Below, one piece after another: positions 22,870 to 30,259 of a stretch of 30,259 nt of DNA (positions are counted from its first letter, which is position 1; every line of letters starts with the position of its first letter). Below the pieces are notes generated by a model, which was not told the origin of the DNA, did not search any database, and saw nothing but the letters and a program-made list of their open reading frames with translations. A program made the translations under genes and the position numbers. Origin of the DNA: Mycobacteriales bacterium (GTDB lineage Bacteria > Actinomycetota > Actinomycetes > Mycobacteriales > SCTD01); the NCBI GenBank assembly GCA_046713755.1, contig JBKKBU010000037.1, positions 1 through 30,259 on the forward strand, given 5' to 3'.

Positions 22870-25614
22870 GTGACCACCCCGAATCCGCCCTTCGGCGTCA
22901 TCAGCGACGGCCTGCCGAGCCAGCTCCCGGACATCGATCCGGACGAGACCGCTGAGTGGCTGTCCTCGCTCGACTCGGTCGTCGAGTCCAGTGGCCGGGC
23001 GCGCGCCCGCTTCCTCATGCTCAAGCTGCTGGAGCGGGCTCGCGAGAAGTCGGTCGGCGTCCCGGCGCTGCGATCCACCGACTTCATCAACACGATCCCG
23101 CCGGAGCGCGAGCCGTGGTTCCCCGGCGACGAGCACGTCGAGCGCCGGATCCGGGCCTACATCCGCTGGAACGCCGCGATCATGGTCTCGCGGGCCAACC
23201 GGCCGGAGATCGGAGTCGGCGGCCACATCGCTACCTACGCGTCGGCGGCCAGCCTCTACGAGATCGGCTTCAACCACTTCTTCCGCGGCAAGGACCACCC
23301 CGGCGGGGGTGACCAGGTCTACTTCCAGGGCCACGCCTCCCCGGGGGTCTATGCGCGCGCTTTCCTCGAGGGGCGGCTCACCGAAGCCGACCTCGACGGG
23401 TTCCGCCAGGAGTCCCGCGCCGCCGCGCTTCCGTCCTACCCCCACCCTCGACTGATGCCGGACTTCTGGGAGTTCCCGACGGTGAGCATGGGACTCGGCC
23501 CGATCAGCGCGATCTACCAGGCCCGGTTCAACCGCTACCTGCACCACCGCGGCATCAAGGACACCTCGGACCAGCGGGTGTGGTGCTTCCTCGGCGACGG
23601 CGAGATGGACGAGCCGGAGTCGCTCGGCGCCATCGGCCTGGCCGCGCGCGAGGAGCTCGACAACCTGACCTTCGTCGTCAACTGCAACCTGCAGCGGCTG
23701 GACGGCCCGGTCCGCGGCAACGGCAAGATCATGCAGGAGCTGGAGTCCTCGTTCCGCGGCGCGGGGTGGAACGTCATCAAGGTCGTGTGGGGCCGCCAGT
23801 GGGACGAGCTGCTCGCCCGCGATGTCGACGGGGTGCTCGTCAACGCGATGAACACCACACCGGACGGCCAGTTCCAGACCTACTCGGTGGAGCCTGGCGC
23901 CTACACGCGCGAGCACTTCTTCGGCCGTGACCCGCGGTTGCGCAAGATGGCTGAGCACCTCACTGACGAGCAGATCAAGGGGCTGCCGCGTGGCGGTCAC
24001 GACTACCGCAAGGTCTACGCCGCCTTCGACGCGGCGACCAAGACCGTCGGGCAGCCGACGGTGATCCTCGCCCACACCATCAAGGGCTGGACCCTCGGGA
24101 AGGACTTCGAGGGCCGCAACTCCACCCACCAGATGAAGAAACTGACCCTGGACGAGCTCAAGGAGCTGCGCGACCGGCTCTACATCGACATCAGCGACAA
24201 GGCTCTCGAGAGCGGCCTGCCGCCCTACTACTCCCCCGGACCGCACAGCGCCGAGATCGCCTACATGAACGAGCGCCGGCAGGCTCTCGGTGGCTCGTTG
24301 CCGCGCCGGGTGGTGCGGTCCAAGCCGCTGGAGCTGCCGTCGAGCGACGTCTACGACGAGCTCAAGCGCGGCTCCGGCAAGCAGGCCGTCGCGACGACCA
24401 TGGCGTTCGTCCGACTGCTCAAGGACCTGCTGCGCGACAAGGGGATCGGGGCGCGCTTCGTGCCGATCGTCCCGGACGAGGCGCGCACTTTCGGGATGGA
24501 CTCGATGTTCCCGACGGCGAAGATCTACTCGCCGTTCGGCCAGCGCTACGAAGCGGTGGACCGCGACCTGCTGCTGTCCTACCAGGAGAGCGAGACCGGG
24601 CAGATCCTGCACGAGGGGATCACCGAGGCCGGGTCGATGGCGTCGGTGCTCGCGGCGGGGTCGTCGTACGCCACCCACGGCGAGCCGATGATCCCGGTCT
24701 ACATCTTCTACTCGATGTTCGGCTTCCAACGCACGGCCGACCAGATGTGGCAGCTCGCCGACCAGCTCGGCCGCGGCTTCCTGCTCGGGGCGACCGCCGG
24801 TCGCACCACCCTCAACGGCGAGGGGCTGCAGCACCAGGACGGGCACTCGCTGCTCATCGCGTCGACCAACCCGGCCTGCGTGTCGTACGACCCGGCCTTC
24901 GGCTTCGAGATCTCCTTCATTGTCGAGGAGGGGCTACGACGCATGTACGGCCCGGACAGTCAGGGCTCGGCGGGCGATGTCTTCTTCTACATCACGGTCT
25001 ACAACGAGCCCTACCCGCAACCGGCGATGCCCGACATCCCCGACCTGCGCGACGGCGTGCTGCGCGGCATGTACCGCTACAAGCCGGCCAATGGCACGGG
25101 CGCGAAGGCCCACGTGCTCGCCTCCGGCATCTCGGTCCGGCAGGCGGTGCTCGCCCAGCACCTGCTCGAGGAGGACTGGGACATCGGGATCGACGTGTGG
25201 TCGGTGACCAGCTGGGACGAGCTGCGTCGTGACGGCCTCGCCTGTGACGCCCATCGCCTGCTGCACCCGGACCAGCCGCGCACGCCGTTCGTCACCCAGC
25301 AGCTCAGCGGCACCACTGGACCGGTCGTCGCGGTGTCGGACTGGATGCGTGCCGTCCCGGACGCGATCGCCCAGTGGGTCCCCGGCGACTGGGCTTCCCT
25401 CGGCACCGATGGTTTCGGCCGTTCGGACACCCGCGCCGCCTTGCGCCGGCACTTCCGCACCGATGCGGAGTCGATCGCCACAGCCGTGCTGTCCGAGCTG
25501 GCCCGCCGCGGCGACGTTCCAGCGGACCTCGCTCAGCAAGCCGTCGAGAAGTACCGGCTCGGTAACGAGCAGGTGCCCACCGACAAGGACACCACCGAAG
25601 GGGCCAGCGGCTAG
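22870..25614 (+). CDS. aceE: Pyruvate dehydrogenase E1, homodimeric type
   Basis: [39 protein letters not shown] (ThDP motif), [10 protein letters not shown] and [10 protein letters not shown] motifs. Confidence 0.98.
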   Translation: MTTPNPPFGVISDGLPSQLPDIDPDETAEWLSSLDSVVESSGRARARFLMLKLLERAREKSVGVPALRSTDFINTIPPEREPWFPGDEHVERRIRAYIRWNAAIMVSRANRPEIGVGGHIATYASAASLYEIGFNHFFRGKDHPGGGDQVYFQGHASPGVYARAFLEGRLTEADLDGFRQESRAAALPSYPHPRLMPDFWEFPTVSMGLGPISAIYQARFNRYLHHRGIKDTSDQRVWCFLGDGEMDEPESLGAIGLAAREELDNLTFVVNCNLQRLDGPVRGNGKIMQELESSFRGAGWNVIKVVWGRQWDELLARDVDGVLVNAMNTTPDGQFQTYSVEPGAYTREHFFGRDPRLRKMAEHLTDEQIKGLPRGGHDYRKVYAAFDAATKTVGQPTVILAHTIKGWTLGKDFEGRNSTHQMKKLTLDELKELRDRLYIDISDKALESGLPPYYSPGPHSAEIAYMNERRQALGGSLPRRVVRSKPLELPSSDVYDELKRGSGKQAVATTMAFVRLLKDLLRDKGIGARFVPIVPDEARTFGMDSMFPTAKIYSPFGQRYEAVDRDLLLSYQESETGQILHEGITEAGSMASVLAAGSSYATHGEPMIPVYIFYSMFGFQRTADQMWQLADQLGRGFLLGATAGRTTLNGEGLQHQDGHSLLIASTNPACVSYDPAFGFEISFIVEEGLRRMYGPDSQGSAGDVFFYITVYNEPYPQPAMPDIPDLRDGVLRGMYRYKPANGTGAKAHVLASGISVRQAVLAQHLLEEDWDIGIDVWSVTSWDELRRDGLACDAHRLLHPDQPRTPFVTQQLSGTTGPVVAVSDWMRAVPDAIAQWVPGDWASLGTDGFGRSDTRAALRRHFRTDAESIATAVLSELARRGDVPADLAQQAVEKYRLGNEQVPTDKDTTEGASG

Positions 25615-25778
25615 CGGCCCGTCAGCTCCAGCTCGACGACGGTCCGGCCCGCCGGCCGGTCGTCGGCTGCCGTCTGCGTGGCGGCCCCGCCGACGAGCAA
25701 CGCGAGCAGCGCCATGCCGGGCAGCAGGGCCGACGGCCACGAGAAAGTCCTGCCGGCCGGCTCCATGGCGCTTTCCAT
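25611..25778 (-). CDS. Small membrane/secreted protein (55 aa), absent from the ORF track
   Basis: [57 protein letters not shown]3-rich with a purine-rich RBS; its TAG overlaps the aceE TAG. Confidence 0.6.
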   Translation of the reverse strand: MESAMEPAGRTFSWPSALLPGMALLALLVGGAATQTAADDRPAGRTVVELELTGR

Positions 25779-25913
25779 GGCCCACTCGTACCCCCGAATG
25801 CCGCCACCTCACCGGCATTTCCTAGTCCCTTCGTGTCATTTTTCCACGAAACGCCCCGAATGCCCTGGGACTCCCGTTCACTGAGCAGACAGCAGTGCGG
25901 CGAGGGGGATTCC

Positions 25914-26750
25914 ATGGCCCGGCGGATCAAGCACATCGATCAGCTCGACGATCACCCCAACCTCCACGAGGTCCTGGGAGTGCTGGCGCAGCTGGTCCAC
26001 GTACGCGACTCGGACCTCCCGCGACTGGCGGCCGCGTGGCGCAACAGCCCCTCGGCGGCCGAGGCGCGTGACCGGGCACTGCACCCCGACAGCCCGCTCG
26101 TGTGCGAGGTGCTCGCCGCCTTCGACGCGCTGGCCGCCCTGTTCGAGGACGACCTCGCCGAAGCCCCGTGGGCCACGGTCGGGTCAGAGGTGACGGCCAC
26201 CGCTCTCAAGGCCGTCCGGGACGCGATCGCCGCCGCTTATGCGCGGCCCGTGCTGTCCAAGACCGAGCACGCCCTGCTGATGGCGCCGTGGCGCGCGGTC
26301 TACCCGACAGCCACGGTCGCCGAGCCCGATCTCGGCCCGGAGGCTGCGGCTGTGAAAGAGCTGCTCGCCGCCCTCCCCTTACTCGCGGTGCGCTGCCACG
26401 ACCCTCGGGGCCAGGCGATGTACGACCGCCTCGTCGGCCTCTCCTACGCCGACGAGGGGGACCGTGCCGAGGCTCGCGAGAGCGCCTTCCAGGTCGCCGT
26501 GCTGACTTCGCGGCGGCGGGTCTGGGCCCTCGTCCGCCGCAGCGGCGCTGAGGGCTTGACGAGGGCGTGTCCGCAATGCCGCCGCACCGCCACGCGGGCC
26601 GACGACGGTGACGCGATACGGGTGCTCGGGATGTGCCTCGACGCGGCCTGTGCCCTGCTGGTCGCCGACGCACTCCCGGACGCAGCCGTCGCCCTCCTGG
26701 TGTCCCCCGTCCGCGATCTCATCCCCGCGCAGCGCCGCCCATCTGCCTGA
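25914..26750 (+). CDS. Hypothetical all-helical protein with internal duplication
   Basis: GAGGGGGA RBS then ATG25914; GC3-rich; two ~120-130 aa repeats. Confidence 0.8.
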   Translation: MARRIKHIDQLDDHPNLHEVLGVLAQLVHVRDSDLPRLAAAWRNSPSAAEARDRALHPDSPLVCEVLAAFDALAALFEDDLAEAPWATVGSEVTATALKAVRDAIAAAYARPVLSKTEHALLMAPWRAVYPTATVAEPDLGPEAAAVKELLAALPLLAVRCHDPRGQAMYDRLVGLSYADEGDRAEARESAFQVAVLTSRRRVWALVRRSGAEGLTRACPQCRRTATRADDGDAIRVLGMCLDAACALLVADALPDAAVALLVSPVRDLIPAQRRPSA

Positions 26751-26752
26751 GG

Positions 26753-27808
26753 TCAGCGTGCTGTCCAGGCCAGCAGGTCGGCGACGTCCCAGGTGTTGAC
26801 CACGCGGTCGGCAGTCACACCGCACAGGTGGGCCCGCTCGGCGCCCAGGTGCTGCCAGTCCAGCTGACCCGGCGCATGCGCGTCGGTGTCGATCGCCACC
26901 CGGCAGCCGGCCTCGAGAGCCAGCCGCAGCAATCGCTTCGGCGGGTCGAGACGCTCCGGCCGGCTGTTGATCTCCACGGCCACGTCGAAGCGTGCGCAGG
27001 CGGCGAAGACCAGCTCGGCATCGAACTCCGACTCCGGTCGGCCCTTGCCGCCGCGGCCGTGGCCGACGACCTGGCGGCCCGTGCAGTGCCCGAGCACATC
27101 GGTGTGCGGGTTGCTGATGGCGGCGACCATGCGGGCGGTCATCTCGTCCCGCTCCATCCGCAGCTTCGAGTGGACGGACGCGACGACGAGGTCGAGCTCG
27201 GCGAGCAGCGCAGGCTCCTGGTCCAGCGAGCCGTCGTCGTTGATGTCGACCTCGATCCCGGTGAGGATGCGGAACTCTTGGGCGTCACCGGACTCCGCCT
27301 CGGTCGCGTAGGTCGCATTGAGTCCCCGCACGACGTCGAGCTGCTCACGCAGCCGCTCGGCGGTGAGTCCGCGGGCCACGGTGAGCCGCGGCGAGTGGTC
27401 GGTCAGCACGACGTAGGAGTGCCCGAGATCGCGGGCCGCGCGGCCCATCTCATCGATCGGCGAGCCCCCGTCGGACCAGTCGGAGTGGGTGTGGCAGTCC
27501 CCCTTCAGCGCAGCCCGCAGGGCCGCGGCGCCGGCCGCGACCGGGGCGTCCCCGAGCGTGGCGACCCGGCGCAGGTAGACGGGCTCCTCCCCCGCCATCG
27601 ACTCCGTGATGGCCAGCGCGGTGACCTTCCCGATGCCGGGTAGGTCGGTGAGCGAGCCGGCGGTCACCCGCGCCGAGAGATCCCCCGGCGACAGTCCGTC
27701 AACGACCGCGGCGGCCGTCCGGAAGGCCTTCACCCGGTACGCCGGCTCCAGTGCCCGCTCCAGGCAGAAGGCGATCCGTCGTAGGTCCTGTGCCGGGTCT
27801 CGGGTCAC
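26753..27808 (-). CDS. PHP-domain protein with N-terminal PolX 8-kDa/HhH domain (Rv3856c-like)
   Basis: YRVKAFRTAA..LPGIGKVTA (HhH); CHTHSDWSDG, TDHS, GIEVDI, VHS, GHCTGR and DTDAH (PHP metal ligands). Start GTG27808, or ATG27817. Confidence 0.92.
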   Translation of the reverse strand: MTRDPAQDLRRIAFCLERALEPAYRVKAFRTAAAVVDGLSPGDLSARVTAGSLTDLPGIGKVTALAITESMAGEEPVYLRRVATLGDAPVAAGAAALRAALKGDCHTHSDWSDGGSPIDEMGRAARDLGHSYVVLTDHSPRLTVARGLTAERLREQLDVVRGLNATYATEAESGDAQEFRILTGIEVDINDDGSLDQEPALLAELDLVVASVHSKLRMERDEMTARMVAAISNPHTDVLGHCTGRQVVGHGRGGKGRPESEFDAELVFAACARFDVAVEINSRPERLDPPKRLLRLALEAGCRVAIDTDAHAPGQLDWQHLGAERAHLCGVTADRVVNTWDVADLLAWTAR

Positions 27809-27826
27809 AGACGACATGATGCCCCT

Positions 27827-28264
27827 GTGGCCAGCCGAGCGATCACCAGCACCATCGCGATCGACGCGCCCCGGGACGTGGTCTGGGGGGTGCTGCGTGA
27901 CGTCGAGCACTACCCGGAGTGGAATCCCTTCACGGTCAGCGTGCGCACCTCGTTCGAGCTCGGCGCGCGGGTCGACATGCGGGTGGCCCTGCGGCCACCG
28001 AAGACCATCGCGCAGACCGAGCACATCTCGTCGTACGTCGATCGGGTGAGCTTTTCCTGGGGCACCACGGTCGGGCCGCGCTGGTTCCTCCGGGCCGACC
28101 GAACCCAGGTGCTCGAGGACCTGCCGGGCTCGCGGACGCGCTACACCACGACCGACACCTTCACCGGTCGCGGTGTGCCGCTCGTCATGGCCCTGACCCG
28201 GCGCTACGTGCAGCGCGGCTTCGACGACGTCGCCCGCGCGCTCAAGACTCGCTGCGAGTCCTGA
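27827..28264 (+). CDS. SRPBCC/polyketide cyclase-dehydrase family protein
   Basis: IAIDAPRDVVWGVLRDVEHYPEWNPF..TRYTTTDTFTG..GFDDVARALKTRCE. Confidence 0.9.
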   Translation: MASRAITSTIAIDAPRDVVWGVLRDVEHYPEWNPFTVSVRTSFELGARVDMRVALRPPKTIAQTEHISSYVDRVSFSWGTTVGPRWFLRADRTQVLEDLPGSRTRYTTTDTFTGRGVPLVMALTRRYVQRGFDDVARALKTRCES

Positions 28265-29012
28265 CCGCGGGGTGGAGACCCTCCTCCGGCTCGAGGCCCT
28301 CCTCGAGCGGGTGGACCTGCCCGCGTCCCTCTTCCCGGCGCCACACCACGAAGACCGCCGCGCACACCGCCGTCCAGCCGAAGCCGAGCACCAGTCCGGC
28401 CAGCACGTCGGACAGGTAGTGGACCCCCAGGAGCACCCTGGACGCGGCCACGCAGAGCGGGACGACGACAGCCACCCCGATGGTCGTACGACGAAGCCGC
28501 GGGCCGACCAGTGAGAGCACGAGCAGAGCCGTCGAGGCGTAGAAAGCAGCGGCCCCGAGCGAGTGCCCGGACGGGAACGACGGGCCGAGCGCGGTGGCGA
28601 CCGGCTCGTCGAACAGCGGCCGCACCCGGTCGACCACGTGCTTGAGCGTCGTCGAGATCGTGACTGCGCCCAGGCGGGCCGCGAGGACGAACAGCGCGAG
28701 CCGACGTGAGCCGCGCGCCAGCAGGAACCCCACTGTCAGCATGGTCGCCAGCGTCAGCAGCAGGGGATCGCCGAAGTCGGTGACGACCTGAAGGACGTTG
28801 ACGAACCACGGCCGCCCCGACACCAGACCGTCGGCCGCTGCACTGACGTCGCGGTCGAATCGCACGACCGCGCTGTCGTCACCGCGCACGAGCAGCGCCA
28901 GCGGCAGGACGACCACGAGGGCAGCCATGAGCGCACCCAGGACGAGCACCAGGCGCAGGCCGGCGCGCGCCTCGGGCTCGAGCCGATCAGAGAGCGGACC
29001 CGCGTCAGGCAT
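28242..29012 (-). CDS. PAP2 family membrane phosphatase
   Basis: KHVVDRVRP (C1), SFPSGHS (C2) and SRVLLGVHYLSDV (C3) motifs; multiple TM helices. Confidence 0.93.
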   Translation of the reverse strand: MPDAGPLSDRLEPEARAGLRLVLVLGALMAALVVVLPLALLVRGDDSAVVRFDRDVSAAADGLVSGRPWFVNVLQVVTDFGDPLLLTLATMLTVGFLLARGSRRLALFVLAARLGAVTISTTLKHVVDRVRPLFDEPVATALGPSFPSGHSLGAAAFYASTALLVLSLVGPRLRRTTIGVAVVVPLCVAASRVLLGVHYLSDVLAGLVLGFGWTAVCAAVFVVWRREEGRGQVHPLEEGLEPEEGLHPAVRTRSES

Positions 29013-30259
29013 CGGGGTCGCGCCGGTAGACGACGAGGGTCTGGCGGGCTGCCCGCAGCAGCAGCCGATCCGGCCCGTCGTGCGACTCGCCGTCGCGCGC
29101 CACCCGCAGCCCGCCCTCGTGCGAGATCACCGGGAGCTTGGCCACGACACGCTGCTCGTAGACCCGGCTGCGGCCGAGCCGACCGGTCAGCACCGCCGCG
29201 ACCAGCCGGGTCCTCGCGAGCGGCTTGTCGGCGTCGACGATCCGGATGTCGAGGCAGCCGTCGTCGAGGCGCTCCCGCCACGAGGGAGCGAAGCCGTGCG
29301 GGTGGTAGTGCCCGTTGCCGGCGAACAGCGTCCAGAGCTTGCGCGGCCGACCGTCGAGCTCGACCACCACGGGGGTGGCCCGACCCAGGATCCGCACGAG
29401 CGCCAGCAGCAGCGCCGGCCACTTGCCGACCGCCGCCTCGTGCTTCTCCCGCTCCTTCACCAGCTCCGGGTAGACCCCGAGCGCGAAGGTGTTGAGGAAG
29501 TAGAGCCCGTCGCCATCTGCGGCGGCGCTCCCGACGCTGACCTCGACCGCCGAGCCCGCGTGCAGCGCTGCGATCACGTCCTCAGCATTCCTGATGCCGA
29601 GCTCGCCGGCGAAGTGGTCGAGCGTGCCGCCGGGAAAGACGACGAGCGGGATGCCCGCGTCCAAGGCATGACCGGCGGCGCAGTTGACCGTCCCGTCACC
29701 TCCCGCCACGCCGAGCACCGTGGCCCGGCCGGCGGCGTCGGTCATGGCCGCGTCGATCTGGGCGCCCTCGACCTGCACCACCTCCGCAGCCGGCAGGGCC
29801 GCCCGGATGGTGGCCTCCAGTTCCTCGGCTTGATCCCCCGCGCCGGCACCGGTGTTGATCACGACGACCAGGCCGTCGCCGTCCAGCAGGGCCGGCGCCT
29901 TCGCCCCGACCGGAGTGGCAACGGCAGGGACGTCCGGCTTCACGGGCCAGACCCGCGTCACGGCGTACGCCGCGGCACCCCCGAGCGCGAGGCCGGCGAC
30001 CACGTCACCCGGGTAGTGCACGCCGGTGTGGACGCGGCCGTAGGCGACTCCCGCGGCGAGCAGCCCTACCGGCACGCCGAGCAGCGGCGCCTCGAGCGCG
30101 ACCCCCGTGGCAAAAGCAGCGGCGCTCGCGGAGTGACCGCTCGGGAACGAGCTCGAGCTCGGCTGGCGCAGCTGCTGGCGCGGGAGCGGGACGTGGTGCA
30201 GCTGGGGACGCGCGCGGCGCGCCGCCAGCTTGGCCGGCACGTTGGCGGCCGCGCTGGCC
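29005..30259 (-). CDS. Bifunctional PAP2 phosphatase / diacylglycerol-kinase-family protein (5' end outside the window)
   Basis: Frame is open to the window edge. K..RRARP, SFPSGHS and GRVHTGVHYPGDV (PAP2), followed by GVAGGDGTV, GGTLDHFA and FLNTFALG (DAGK). Confidence 0.92.
   Translation of the reverse strand, partial: ASAAANVPAKLAARRARPQLHHVPLPRQQLRQPSSSSFPSGHSASAAAFATGVALEAPLLGVPVGLLAAGVAYGRVHTGVHYPGDVVAGLALGGAAAYAVTRVWPVKPDVPAVATPVGAKAPALLDGDGLVVVINTGAGAGDQAEELEATIRAALPAAEVVQVEGAQIDAAMTDAAGRATVLGVAGGDGTVNCAAGHALDAGIPLVVFPGGTLDHFAGELGIRNAEDVIAALHAGSAVEVSVGSAAADGDGLYFLNTFALGVYPELVKEREKHEAAVGKWPALLLALVRILGRATPVVVELDGRPRKLWTLFAGNGHYHPHGFAPSWRERLDDGCLDIRIVDADKPLARTRLVAAVLTGRLGRSRVYEQRVVAKLPVISHEGGLRVARDGESHDGPDRLLLRAARQTLVVYRRDPDA

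Noticed and set aside
22840-24846. 668-aa antisense ORF; likewise 9739-11283, 6958-8355 and 1577-2395
   Set aside because: Antisense shadows of GC3-rich genes, as expected at this GC content.
1-30259. CRISPR array, rRNA or long tandem repeats
   Set aside because: No regularly spaced repeat-spacer pattern or rRNA signature was seen.

Overview
High-GC actinobacterial chromosome segment; the exact taxon cannot be determined from the window. The backbone follows the order known from mycobacteria and streptomycetes: rnpB, RNase HI/histidine phosphatase, C4 zinc-ribbon protein, Nif3, then tRNA-Val(TAC), DUF3052 and aceE. Between Nif3 and the 3' end of tRNA-Val lies about 15 kb of accessory DNA. 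It holds a Pat-like GNAT, an SGNH hydrolase, a secreted beta-propeller protein, a pntAa-pntAb-pntB transhydrogenase operon, two convergent toxin-antitoxin pairs (RHH/MazF and XRE-MNT/HEPN) and a ~6 kb signalling array. The array is the most striking element: three paralogous ECF sigma factors, each translationally coupled to a ~285-288 aa single-pass membrane protein. These membrane proteins share an extracytoplasmic BsuPI/FlgD-Ig-like domain with four invariant cysteines, and two orphan secreted Cys-paired proteins are interleaved. The cognate promoters can be read from the DNA: (T/C)GAACC-N16-(C/T)GTC upstream of sigma 1, sigma 3 and the divergent secreted gene, GCAACC-N16-CGTC upstream of the beta-propeller gene, and a different twice-repeated GAACC-N13-GCTGA upstream of sigma 2, whose -10-reading region is also the divergent one. 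Right of aceE are a small unannotated ORF, an internally duplicated hypothetical protein, a PolX-derived PHP protein, an SRPBCC protein, a PAP2 phosphatase and a 5'-truncated PAP2-DAGK fusion. No CRISPR array, rRNA or intact integrase or transposase was seen. All family assignments are by eye from motifs; no database search was run.
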